Shown one piece after another: positions 23,741-37,344 of a DNA stretch of 64,000 nt. The translations under genes and the position numbers were made by a program. The stretch is from NCBI RefSeq assembly GCF_964213995.1, contig NC_135810.1, positions 24,304,001-24,368,000 of the forward strand. The letters run 5' to 3'. This DNA is from Mustelus asterias (taxonomy: Eukaryota). Under the pieces are notes generated by a model. The model did no database searches, was not told where the DNA came from, and saw only the letters and a list, made by a program, of their open reading frames with translations. Within the stretch, counting starts at the first letter, position 1, and every line of letters begins with the position of its first letter.

Positions 23741-25940
23741 GTGTGTGTTGTACTAAAGCCTGCTGCCTGTGTCGTTTAGAAGGTCTTTGGCGGGGGTGAC
23801 AGTAGTGGTGAGGTCCAGCAACTATTAAGATTAATGGACTGGCAATCTGAACCCTTGCCCCTGCCTGTTCTCCATCCTTCGACTCCTCTCCGGCCTTTTC
23901 CTTCACTCCTTAATGAACTACCTCCTCACACAAGTGTAAAGGCTGGACAGCATCAAGATCTCAGAATGATGCAGCCTGAGTAAAATGGGTACCTATTAGT
24001 CTGCCTATTTCTGAAGCAGTAAGTAATTGTGCCCTCATGAATTAACCTTGAACAATGTCAGCTGCCCACAGTCTCAAAGTCAAGAATGGGGTGAATACCC
24101 ATGTTTCAAGGATAAACATTTGGGTGCATGGGATCCAGAGGGAATGTGTCTGCACAAATGCTGGATCACAGCACCTGCTATTGAGGATGTGTTATCCCTC
24201 AAGCTGGATTTAACCGTCCAGTTGACATTGCCTGTGAGGGATGGGTGACAATTATTTTATGGTTTCCCCTGTGTAAGTTGTTAACTTAGCTGCAGTTCTC
24301 TTTAAATTGAATGGCTGAGCTCCTTCTCTCAAGTATATGCTGACCCATTGCAGTTGCAGATGCTCCAGTATCTACTTCCATCTTAAGAGTCTTTCCATTT
24401 AACAGGAGCTTTATCATAATAGGGCCTCTTTTGCCCACTTTCACATTAAACAGGAAGTGAACAACTAAGTCATTGATGCTCGCTTCTTCCACATTATATA
24501 CGTATGCCGCTCTACTTAATCGACTACTGGGTAGACTTGACTTGCTTTTGCACCGATGCCTTAAATGGCCTTTCTTGTGACAGAAAAAATATCCAGTCTC
24601 TTTATACCTGCAGGATTCAGGAAAGTGGTTACCCCCACATTGGAATCATTCTGCTTCAAGTTTGCCAATTGATTTCCTCTTCTAAATCTTCTTGCTTTAT
24701 TTGTGGTTAAAATTGCTTCCCACTTCACTACTACATCCTTGGTGCCACTGCTGACTGCAAATTCTGGCCCTGACTAGTGAAAGGTGTCATTTTCATGCTT
24801 TGTAACTCCTGTGCACCCTTTTCAGTGTTCTCCATTGCCCGCGTTATCTTCAATATTCACTTAAAAGTTGTATCTGCTTCTGCTGGTAATTTCCATTGAA
24901 TAATCTTAATTATTCATCCTGCAGACTAATCTGCCCCACAATATATCATTCAAAGTGGCTCCAAAGTTGCAGTGCTCCAAGATGTGCTTCAACTTGATGA
25001 TTTAAGTTGCAATAGTTTCCTCTGGGGCTTTCCCCATTGAATTAAACTAAACCACTGCAATATGACCAATGATTTCTGATGGAAATATGACTTTGCCAAT
25101 TCAATGATCTTACTGAATTACTTGCAGTTGGGCGCGCTTGGGTTTATGAGACCTTAAATCAGATTGTAAGCCTGTGACCCACACAGACTCAGCAGGATTG
25201 CCTTTCTCGTCCCCAGCTCCTCTGTTTCATTGGCCTGAAAGTGATAGCCTAAATGCTCTATGTATTGTGTCCAGTCCTCCACATAGGCATCAAAAGGATC
25301 TATCCATCCAAATTGCAGCATTTTTAAAATTACTCTAAGGGAGGTGTTGGCATAATGGTATTGTCACTGGACTAGTAATCCAGAGATCCAGGTTTTGAAT
25401 CCTACCATGGTAGATGGTGAAATTTGAATTCAGTAAAAATCTTGAATTTAAAAAAGTCTAATGATGACCATGAAACCATGGTCGATTGTCCACTAATGTC
25501 TTTTAAGGAAAGGAAATCTTTCATCCTTACCTGGTCAGGCCAACATGTAATACCAGATCCACAGTAATGTGTTTGCTCTTGAAATGACCTCAGGGATCGG
25601 CAATAAATGATGGCCCAGCCAGCTATGCCCAAATCCCATAAATGAATAAAAACAAACTTCACTCAACTTCAATGGAAGTGGTATAACTATAGTTCAAGGC
25701 TCGCTTTTACCTTTGTTGCCAATGTAATAATTCTTCTTCACCAGTTAAGGGAAAAACAACAGATTTATTAACTGGTAAAGGCTGGTACAGGGTCTTGCAG
25801 CCTTCTGGAACAGAAACTCTCTGCTTCCCGGGGTGAACCCGCAACCCGACCCCAGATTGGTTTCCCACGTCGTGAATATGCATCAACCCATCACTCATTG
25901 GTCCATTCTTCCCTTCCTTGAAGGAAATAAATCACAGAGC
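23740..25940 (-). mobile_element. Decayed Gypsy-type LTR retrotransposon (5' LTR, PBS, gag, protease)
   Basis: Protease MEVDTGAS (24286-24492); gag start MLQFGWIDPFDAYVEDWTQYIEHL at ~25321; PBS-like TTGGCAACAAAGG next to ...TTACA at 25723; polyA signal within the putative LTR. Confidence 0.72.
25338..25655 (+). mobile_element. tRNA-derived SINE, second family, nested in the Gypsy leader
   Basis: Homologous to 16460-16820. Confidence 0.75.
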
Positions 25941-26189
25941 ACAAGAGAGAGAACTCACAATGGTCATCTGAAGTTCTTACAATTCACCACTGCATGGAGG
26001 TGCGAGAGATCAGAGGTTATTTAATATCCCTGAGGAGACAGGAACCCCCTTACCTCCCATTGACACAATTAAATTATCAGCAACCCTCCGGTCACATAGC
26101 ACTCAGTAGTGATGACTTGATTTCAAATTGTGAGTGAAACATGGTCATGCCCATAATCATGTGTTGCAACATATTTACCAAGCCATTCC

Positions 26190-26380
26190 AACAATTATCT
26201 TGTAAATTGAGTTTGTGTCTGTATATGTCCTGTTTGTGAACACAACTCCTCACTCATCTGAAGAAGGAGCTTGAGACTTCGAAAGCTTGTGCTGCCAAAT
26301 AAACCTGTTGGACTTTAACCTGGTGTTGTGAGACTTCTTACTGTGCTTATCCCTGTCCAACGCCGGCATCTCCACATCAA
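26190..26380 (+). mobile_element. Penelope pLTR-type repeat with hammerhead motif (26255-26291)
   Basis: CAU-CUGAAGA-A-GGAG..CUUC-GAAA-GC-UU-GUG followed by aaataaacctgttggactttaacctggtgttg...ccaacgccggcatctccacatca. Confidence 0.75.
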
Positions 26381-27345
26381 TGCTGAATTTTACCAGCCCC
26401 CAAGAGGCAAGGGAGGGGTAAGGTGGACAGTAAATGGGATTGGTTGGTGAGGCTTCTCATCATGCCCTCTATCCGGGCATTCTTCTGACAGTAGGACTGG
26501 GAGCAGATATGTTGCCCTCCCCAAGGAGGTGAGTTATATTCTTAAAGACCTAATTAGGGGTCATTTAACAATGCTGTCAGCATACTATCACCAGCGGGTG
26601 GACCTTGGGCACGTGAGCAGGTTGCCAACTGAATGGAAGCGACTTCTAGCGGCAACGTGGGGGGAAGAATTTATGAAACTATGGACAAAGCAAGTAGTCC
26701 CCCAGTCCCCATATCCCCAATCCTTTCTCCTCCAACATTTAGCCTTTTGATTATTTTAAATTTTGTCTTTGCTTACTTGCTGCTGCTCCCAGGACTCCTG
26801 CCTCAGGAGAGGCCATCATTTTAGATGCCAGCTTCCAGCCTCCTACTTGGACCAGCAGCTCTTGGGGGCAAGTTGGCATCCTCACTCAAACTGCAGCCTA
26901 AACAATGAATTGACTGTCACCCATTAAATACAACCTTGTGGCCCATCACCTATCAAAACACCCTATTTCCATCCCAGGTAGCTCTAGGAATCCAGGCCAA
27001 ACTGTTCATCTGTTGTGCAGATTCTTTATTTTGTTTTATTTTAGTTCCCAGAATTTGTTGAGATTATACAGTCAAACATCCATTATCTGACATCAGAACA
27101 TCGCGTTGGTGGATTGTCAGGATCTGGAAATTGGGCCCCATGTATAAGAATGATTGAGGCATTGAAATGAACAGGAATGCAAGATAACAAACAGATTCTA
27201 ATTAATCTGGGAGATTATTGTCAGGCAAGATCATTGCTAATGGGGCAACTCCTCATCCACTATTTTATCACATAGCATGCCTAAAAGATTGAGCACAGAT
27301 GATGGAAGTTCCCCATACCTATATTATTGAATCAAAAGAATTATT

Positions 27346-29162
27346 GGGCGGAATTCTCCAACTTTTTTTTGGAGTGCGGTGGTGGGCGGTTCTGGTGGCA
27401 CAGTTCTCACTGGCCAGAATGGCATAAACTTGTGCTAAATTCTGCACTGGCATCCTCATTAATTATACATGAGTGAGTATCTCTGCAAAGGACCTAGCGG
27501 GTTGGGAGCTGATTATCCTGGCCGTCAGCTAGTGGATTCTAAGTTCTGGGAACTAAATATAAACACTAGTCCACACATTCAGATCACTCTCTCCAGCCCA
27601 GCAGTCTTCACCAGACCGTGCAGGATGTTCGGAACCAAGAGGTTACAGGTTAGCAGCCTCATGAAGAAGTCTGTACCCCGACTCAACCACCTTGAAGCCT
27701 TGATTCCTGGAGTCTGGGTGCAGAGCCATGACCCGTACCCAAGGGAAGGCTCCAGAAAATACACCAACCTCACCTCTCTGGCCTGGGAGGCTGTTGCCCA
27801 GGAGGTTAGCATGATTGGCAACTGTGCCAGAAGCATCACTCAGTGAAGGAAGCGGATGAATGATTTCATATTCTCCACCAGAGTAAGCCCTCCCTCAGTT
27901 CTCAACATGGCATCATGTATTCAATTGGCAACTCTCTCAGGCCTCACACAGCCACTAGCAGTGGGCACACGTTCTCTCATGGACACTTTCACATCACCTC
28001 CATCCCATCAATTATGTTGCTCGCACTACATCCTCTGGTCCTTCTGGGGAGGCCTCACCTCTTTGCATAGCCAGATTGTGAAGGGCATAGCAAACTGTGA
28101 TCATACAGAAGACCCTCTCTGGTGCAGATTGCAGAGAGCCACCTTAGTGTTCCAAGCATCCGACTTGCATCTTCAGAAGTCCGATGTTCTGCTCTATGAG
28201 GGAGCATGTGAAGCTGTGAGGAGCATTGTCCCTCTTCTCCACACGAGTCTCAGGATCATGCATGCATTGGAGTCATTAGCCACTGTTTAAGTAATTAGCC
28301 CTTATCCCCCAGACATGTCTGCCTTTGCAGACATTCCAGATCCAGTCATTGTTGTTGTGGACGTTTCCACCTTCCCCCTCAGGTCCATCAACTGTGAGAT
28401 GACAAGTCCCACTTGGAACTCTACCCACCCCATTTGCATGTCTGCAAGTCCAGGAGCACACAAGGTAACATGGAGCTTGTTGAAAGCACCTCGCAGTAAA
28501 CCTCCTGTAAATGATGTGGTATCCCTTTGATTCTCTTGTCTATGTGCAGCCTTGTCAGGGTCCGACTTGCATCCCCTTGGTTTTCCTTCTGTCTTCCATT
28601 GTTTGCCATCCTCTGTCTGTGATCGTGCATCCTTGCCCTACTCCCTAACCTTATCTTCGTCAGCGCCCCTCGCAAATCATCTCTGTTCAAACCTCAGTCT
28701 AGTGGGGTAGAGGATCCATGAGTCACACAGCACAACATGGAGCTGGAGAAGACAAACTGCTCTGCCTCAGGAGAGAGGCTTTTAGTGCAACAGGAGCGGA
28801 GCAGTGCTATGGCAGGTAGGCCAATTATGTTGCACTCCCCTGGAAGTCTCGAGCAAACTGAGATCTGCCTTGTGCATCTCATTGTTTTTCAAACAGATTT
28901 GTAGCCGATGAGATTTCTTGCTAGGCTGACACAAAAATGAAAGGCCTGACAACATTTTGGCGAGGAGCTGTTTTAATAAGCATTCATGAGATGCAAATTA
29001 ATGCAAATTTCATTCACCTCACCAGACAGTGGGAGAACCCACTGTTGGTAAAATTTCAAACTATTCCTACACCCACGGGTTTCCAAACTTTTAGCCCCCA
29101 TTGGATTTTCCAGTCCTGCCTGTCACCAAAACCGCCACGGGCGGGATGGGAGAATTCCGCCC
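27346..29162 (+). mobile_element. Internally deleted PIF/Harbinger transposon with a Myb/SANT-like gene remnant, TSD ATT
   Basis: Perfect 14-bp TIRs gggcggaattctcc / ggagaattccgccc; ATT on both sides; YPREGSRK..TSLAWEAVAQEVS..RSITQ*RKRMNDF resembles the Harbinger Myb/SANT partner protein. Confidence 0.8.
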
Positions 29163-30010
29163 ATTCTACTTATTTCCACAGCTGAAATTTCAACACAATA
29201 CTGTGGTTTCATGGGCATTTCTGACTTCCTTTACGACATTCAGTTTATGTGTTGATCAGCGTGTTGTCTAAAAACAAATTACAGGATTGTGGCTGTCATA
29301 AAATTGAATCGTAGAATCCCTACAGTGCAGGAGGAGGCCATTCGGCCCATCAAGTTGCAGCTGTTGAAGTGACCGACTGGTGTACACTCAGGATCAGCTG
29401 TCCAAAGGCCGAGGGCCGAGGAGGTTGACTGTGCCTGACCACAGCTGTGCAGGAATAGACTTAGCAACAGCACACAAAGATAATGTGGAGCCCGTCAATG
29501 GTACCTTGTACTCTTAGGAAATCCTGCATTGCAAATTCTACAGTTTACTTCCTCTGCTTTATTGTGCCCATGAGGAAAGAGGTATTTATACCTTAATTAG
29601 CATAAGGAACCACCGTGACATACTTGATACAGCAGTGAGCTGTATTTTGTGAGATGTTGTCATTGTCACCCACTAGAGCTTTAAAGAGCCTGTATGTAGT
29701 GGCTAAACCCTTCAAATAATCTTTTACAAATGGTCCTTCCTTCCTGTTGGCAATATAAGTCACGGTATATGTTTATCACTGTGAGAGTCAGATGCTGCAG
29801 CAACACACCATTACAAAATAATCCCACAATTTAATAAAAACCTTAATTGAATATTTTAATCAGCGATTTAAATAGATCTGACATGCGTCATGAATGCCAA
29901 TCAAACAGCCGGCGGGTTACGCATTTCTAACACATAATGAGTGTTAATGTTCTTCCCGCCATTTTGGATACCGAGACACTAATTTTTAGCCACAACACCA
30001 TTGAAATTAT

Positions 30011-30377
30011 TCATAGAATCATAGAATTCCTACTGTGCAGAAAGAGGCGTTTGGCCCATCGAGCCTGCACCGACAACAATCCCACCCAGGCTCTATTGTC
30101 GTAACCCCACGTGTTTACCCTGCTAATCTCCCTGACACTAAGGAGCAACTTAGCATGGCCAATCAACCTAACCCACACATCTTTTGATTGTGGGAGGAAA
30201 CTGGAGCACCTGGAGGAAATCCACACAGACACGGGGAGAATGTGCAAACTCTACATCGTCAACCAATGAGGTTGGAGAAGACAAACTGCTCTGCCTCAGG
30301 AGAGAGTAGAGGGAATATAACAAGTCCCTGGTGCAGTGAGTCAGCAGTCCTTACCAATGTGCCAAAGTGCCGCCCCA
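30011..30377 (-). mobile_element. V-SINE with an internal foreign insert
   Basis: Tail and V-domain 30011-30255; head remnant 30325-30377. Confidence 0.85.
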
Positions 30378-30589
30378 TTGGCTACAATGGCCACCCATCA
30401 CACAAGTGAAAACTAGCCTTAGACACATACACACACACACAAAGAGGGCATTTAAAAGGACTGCACAATTTATTGGCAAACTTAGGCTATATATGTATAT
30501 ATATTAGCATGATTTATTCATAATTACTAAAACAAATGTAGCTTGCTTCATGGTAATTAAAATATATTTGAAGAAATGAAATCAGACCA

Positions 30590-31085
30590 GGAGTCTACTC
30601 CACTCAGCAATAAGATGATGGCTGAATTTTTAGGTCACTCTTCTACTTCATCTTCCTATCCTAATATTCCTAAGTTTAAGAAATTTCTCATTTCAGTTCT
30701 GAACTTTGAGTCATTACTTTGAGATTGTGATTCCTGGTCCTCACTCAGCAAAACATCATCTCCTCATTTACCCTGTCCAACATATTTCAATGAGATCACC
30801 TCTTATTCTTCGAAACACTTGGGAAATATAAGCCTAGTCTATTCAATCTCTCCCTCATTGGACGATCTTCTCATCCCAGGAATTGTTCGAATGAAGTTTT
30901 GTGATATTCTCTCTACTTAAGTGAGGAGACCAATAGATACATAGTACTCCAGATGTAATCTCAGCAAGGCACTATATAATCGCAGAGAGACCTCTTTACT
31001 CTTCTCCCATCCCTTTGCAATATGAGACCAACACACTTTTTGTTTCCCTAATTGCTTGCAGTACCTGCATGTTAACTTTTTTTGT
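30590..31085 (-). mobile_element. Old CR1 3' fragment
   Basis: LYSALLRLHLEYYV (ORF 30917-31198). Confidence 0.7.
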
Positions 31086-34000
31086 GATTTGTGTACAAGG
31101 ACACACAAAGCAAAATACATGAACCATGCATCAGAGATGTCAACTTGCCTTAGTTGACGGAACATTTCAGGTTGAGAAGGTTGTGACTCTGAACACATGG
31201 AGAAAAATTAGCACAGCAATTAGCACTCTAAGGACAAATCTTCGCTCAATAGGAGTGCATATTAAATATTTAGGTTTGGAAGTTATTACGTGATTATGAC
31301 ATCCATTAATTTCACTCATGGAATGTTATGTTTGGCATACTTACCACCGTGTCCTAATTTCCTATATGTATTCCTCTTCAATGAAGCTCCACATCATGAA
31401 CACTAATTTTTCAAATCCACTCTATAATTTATGCCAAAATTTCAATGCTATGCCTGGCAAGTACTCCATTTTAGAAGGTGCAATTCTTTCGATAAGACAC
31501 TAAACTGATGTCAAGACTGCCTGTTCAGCTGCATGTGTAACAGTAGTGAGGAATTTCCCTTATAACATGACCAACATTTGCTTCTCAACCAACGCAATCA
31601 AAAATCGGATTAGCAATTCATTTGTCTGTTTCTGGCTAAAGGTTTTTGCTGATTTAATAACAATCACCACCACACTTCAAACAGTAATTCCTGTGACAGG
31701 CACTTTAAATGACAACAAAGCACCTGATAAGTTAATTATTAAAGAATGTCATCTTTCACATACTATCTTCAATGATGAAGAATGGTCTTATCTGTTTACA
31801 TAAAAAGGTTAACATCAATGACTGTTTATATTTTTTACTCTGGGAGCTATATTCTAGTCTTCAAATATAATTTTCTGTTCCAATGCCAAAAGAGAGTGGA
31901 CTTTGAAGTGATTTTTAAACATTCACTGGAGATATTCGCTTCAACTGAAACTATTTTGAGCTAGGCTAATTACGCATCGAGTGGATCTCACGAATATTTG
32001 ACCATAACTTGAAACGAGTTACTTTCTCTTTGTACAGATCATTGGTGAGGCAATCTGCACAACTAAGTCAGACAAGGTTCAGCCAAGCAAAATCAAAATG
32101 ACTTTGGAGCAGTTGTTATGAACCCAAGTGCACAAAGGTGAACTCAGGTTAATCGGAGGAAAGATTTGGTAAGCTATTTATATTGTTGGGAACTTCTTGC
32201 AATGGAATATAATTTGATTCTTATTATGCAGAATTGACCCAGTTTCTGCAGCTGAATTCTGAGACTCGTGACAAAACCTCTCATTGCCAACATTTGATGA
32301 AGGAACCCATTGACAAAGGGCCCAGTTTTTTGCTGATATTTATTTTTGCAGACTTTGACTCTTTATTTTCAGCATTTTCTACTTTTATTTTGGGGATTCT
32401 AATATTTTTTCTTATTCTGCTGAAGTTACTGGCTGATGTATTTCTGAATTGGCAAATCTGGAAATGTGCATAAGGATAACACAACCTGAGCAGTATAACA
32501 TTATTTAGCTATTCTTTCAGAACTTGAAGTCCTGGGGAACATGTTTATTCAGGCATGCTGCATTAGATCACAATATTCAACATCATATTTTATTTCCCCT
32601 GACATTCGAAGCAATCTAATCAAATACCTGTTTTTTTTCTCATCTTAATTTCAAAGGTACAATTTAAAGCACCTCAGAGATCCACTTTCCACAGTGATAC
32701 GAACATAATCAGTTATTCCTCCTGCATGCGCTTTGTCACATGAAGTCGATCAGAGCCGCAAAACATTTAATCTGCAATTTAATCTATGAGTCTTGCAGTG
32801 TGATTGTGTAAAAGCTTGGGTGATTAATATCCAACTGTGAGAGCAATTACTAATTGGTGCTTCGTAATTAGTTTGGGATTTTAGAAGAGTACCACTCAAG
32901 GTAATGGCCCACTAGGCATGGAAGTAAGTTTGCAAGATATCAGGCATTGAAGAAGGGGCAATTATGCACAAGATTCACAATAATGTCTCAGCACACTGTG
33001 TGGTAAATAACCCATTCAAAGGGGAGAATAAATTCTGAAGGAAATGAAATATTATTTATCATTGTTGCCTATCCACAATATCTTTGCAATAAAGGCTAGC
33101 AAGTGCAAATTTGAAGTTGAATCTTTCTGCTCTGACATTTTCTAAGTGAAATAAGATTATTCCTTTTTCATGATAGTGTGGATTGTTAGTTATATAAATG
33201 TGTGAAACACTAAACCGAGGGATAAAATGCTGTCGGATTTCAATCATGCCAAAATATTTCATTAACATTATTGTCACATTTCAGGATTGCCACCTACGCA
33301 GGGACAATAGGGCATGAAGTGCTTAAAGGACAAATTTTGACTTAAATTTAGTTATCATTGGGTTATGTTCACGGGACAGCAGGGCTGAGTAATTCGTTTT
33401 AGAGTTCTGATGGGGTGACTGAGTCAAAATGCTCCTGACAATGAAAAATAATTGAACATTTTAGCGAGCATGTAGACTCATTACTGCTGCAATAACTCCA
33501 TTCATTGACCTTAGCAACACTGGCAGGGGAGGGGATGGGCTGACTTTTCACTCTTGGGTAGACTGGAATCTTCCATTAAGTTTAGGCGAATGAAAATGGA
33601 GCAAACCGTCTGCTGGATTGAGATTTCTATTTCGCCTTCTGTGGCCGTCCCCCTCCCTATCTCTATCACTTTCTGCAGCCTTACAATCCAGTAATATCTG
33701 TGCATCCCCAGCTCTGCTCATTTGTGCATCCCCAGTTTGAATTGCTCTCGTGGCTGTGCTTTCAACTGCTGAAGGTCAAAACTCTGGAATTTCCTTGCCA
33801 AACGTTTTCACTTCTGTGTCTCTTGTCCAGTATAAGGTGCTCCTCAAAACCCAGCTATTTCCTCTCGCCTAACGTTTCCTGAAGAGACTCTGAGCTTCAG
33901 GAGACCAGCCTTAGGAGATGGTGGGGGGGGGGGGGGGGGGGGGCGTGAGGAATGTTTCTGAAGGAGACCGTGCCTATAAAATTCAGCAGGTAGAATTCCC

Positions 34001-36571
34001 GCCACTTAGCTGCACACCACCGACCTGTCCGAAAGTTTCAGGTTGCATCCCACCCCCACTGGCATTTAACCCATTGCTGGGGGGACAAGAAGGATGGGGG
34101 GCCATGTTATGCAGGCTCATGTTGGGTAAGGGATGAGGGGGAAACCTCCATCGAACTCACCTCCCAAAGGTCAGCCCCCCCACTTTAACCCTCTCCCCTT
34201 GGCCTTTTAACAGGCCCAACTCACCCATTCACTGTGACCCCTGACCTCACATTTACCAGGATGCATGGCATGGTGGGGCTGCAAGTAGTCCCAGGAGTGG
34301 CCGCTCTCCACTGGTACTGGGCCTTCAGCGATGCTAGCATGTCAGATTACCTGGCAGCTTTCTGAAGTGAGACTTCCTCCAGAGAGATCAGGGTTAAAAT
34401 CTCAACTTAAAGAAAGTAACACTGCTCCCAGCGTTAAATTGCTGTGGGTGCCCACCAAAATCATGGGCAATCTCCCCTGCAGATATTTTAACTCGGGGGC
34501 ATGAACTGCAGTAAAAAAACAGCCCTTTTTGCAAACTTTGTTGGATAATGGTCTTGCAATGTCTTAGGAAATTTTATGATGCTTCAGATGTTATATAAAT
34601 GCAGGCTGTTATTGTTTTGTATACACAGGAGGATGTTCCAAAAATCAGAGTAAAACCACTAACCAATGTGGAAAACGATGACAAATTCATTACTGTTTTC
34701 ATGAACAGGAAGTTAAATGAAGCTTAGTGGAATAAGTACATTCTGAATACAGCTTGTACTTGGTCTGTTCACTTACAGTGACGTAAAGCAGTTTCGCATT
34801 TGTATATGGTCCCATCTCTCAAACGTTTGATCAGTTCATCCTTTGATATTTGGAAAAGTACATATCTAAAAGATACAGGCCGACAGATGAGCAGGGAGGT
34901 GTAAAATTAGATTCGGTGATAAGGTAGTAAGGGTTGGAGCGGGGGGAGCGGATGGGGCGATTGGGGGGGGGGCTCCTCTGGAACTTTACCAGTGGTGAGG
35001 AAGTTATCGAGCAGCACTGCTGTGGGGTCAGCCTGGTGCTCCTGTTTGGGCAAGATGTGCCACATGGAAGGCCCGTCCAAGCATAAATCACTACCCCCCC
35101 TTAATTACCTAGCGCTACCCTCCTGATCTCCACCCCTTCGATAGAGCCTGCCTAGCTGGCCTCAGCAAGTCTTCCACACTTACCTGCATCTCCTTTTTTT
35201 ATCACTGCTCCTGGTCAGGAACCGGCTGCAGTTCCAGCAGTGTCCACTGCACACTTTTGACTGGACAGCAACTTCTGGAGTCAGGGTAACTTGCTTCATG
35301 TGCAGAAGCCACAACCTCAGGTTGCTTGGCAACCAAATATCATCCCGACCAACCCATCAAAACCTCGGAGTTACCACTGACCAGAAACTGACTTGGCCAG
35401 CTGTACAAATATATTAGCGACTTGAGCAGGTCAGATGCGAGGATTCTGTGGTGAGTAACTCACCTTCCTGACTCCCTGATTTTCAGAAAGCACTTGAGAA
35501 GGAGCCACATAAAAGAATTCAACAGAGGTTAGGGGTCATGGGATCCGAAGTAATATATTAGCTTGGAATTAGAATTGATTAACAGAGACAGAGAGTGAAA
35601 GGAAAAGAAGGACTTGCATTTATATCTGCTTTTCATGACCAATAAACATCTCACAGTGTTTTACAGCTCATAATGCATGTTTGAAGGTTTGTCACTGTTG
35701 TAATGTGGGAAACATGGCAACCAATAAGAGCACAGAAACTCCCATAAACAGAAATGTGATAATGAACACATTTTTAAAATGTTGAGTAAAGGAACATATT
35801 GGTCAAGACACAAGGGACAACTCCACTATTCTTCTTCAAAATCGTGCCATGGCGTATCTTAGACCCACATGAATGGGCAGATGGGGCAAGATTTCAATGC
35901 CTCACCTGAAAGGCAGCACCTCTGACAGTGCAGCAATCCCATAGTGTTTCCCTGGAATTTCCGCATAGACTTTTGTGATATGAACCCAGAAGTGAGGGCC
36001 CGATTTTACCAAACCTTCGGGGGCGAAGTCGCGGTAAAGTTGGGCGTCGGGCCTATACCGCGATCTGCACCCGATTCCGAGCAGATCGCGGCTTTCCCGA
36101 CACCCGATTCGGGCGTGGGTCCGGCCCTCGCCCGAATCAGGCGGCCCGATGATTTAAATGCATTAGCATGCATTTAAATCCACTTAATGAATCGCACGCC
36201 CAACCCTACCGCCAAATCCCACTTTACCGTCTTCTGGCCCATTCCGGATCCGGGCTTTTAGCAACCTGCAGAATAAAAGTCCGAAGTGGATTTCTATTCT
36301 GCAGGGGAACCTCCAAAGTCTTCTCTGCCCTTGTGAAGTCACCATCCTCCTCGACCATTCTTCACAGACCCGCCCCCCCCCCCCCCGCTAACCACCCCGG
36401 CGACGCCCCCCCTCCCCGGATCAGACCCCCCTGAGAGGCAGGCCCCCCCTGGCTGACACCCCCCCCCCCCCCCCCCGGGATCAGACCCCCCTGGGAGAGC
36501 ACACCCCCAACCTACCTCAATCGCTGGTCTCCATCCACCATTCTTCCGTTAGCAAGATAAACTGTATGTTC

Positions 36572-36957
<386 letters not shown>

Positions 36958-37125
36958 TGATCTGGGTCCTGCCCCATCTCCTCTTCCCACCCCTCCCCCC
37001 AAGAGAGTGATCTGGGTCCCGCCCCCTCTCCTCCTCCCAACCCACCCCCCAGATGATCTGGGTCAGAGAGCCGCTCTCTCTGCTTTTTTCTCCCCGCCCG
37101 GGCGCGCTGCTTCGGATTTTTTTTC

Positions 37126-37183
37126 GAACTGCGCATGCGCAGTTCAGAGCTCCGATCGGTCCAGCAGCGCTAAGCCCCGCCCA
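37126..37183. promoter_or_regulatory. NRF1-type palindrome plus GC box in the H1 arm
   Basis: 20-bp palindrome gaactgcgcatgcgcagttc containing TGCGCATGCGCA; gccccgccca at 37174-37183; variants at ~10307 and ~42451. Confidence 0.45.
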
Positions 37184-37344
37184 CAGCGCGAATCGAACCG
37201 GAGCCGGCAAAAAGCATATGGGCGCGCTGGAAAGAGGATTCCAGGCTCGGATCTATTTGACGCCCAGATTCGGCACTTGGACTCAAAATGGTAAAATCAG
37301 GCACTGAGAGTGTTACCAACTGATCCAAAGCTGATACTAGGAAT

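Noticed and set aside
28290-28560. Harbinger transposase N-terminus on the minus strand
   Set aside because: Only a faint resemblance (HHLQEVY); no catalytic motifs are visible.
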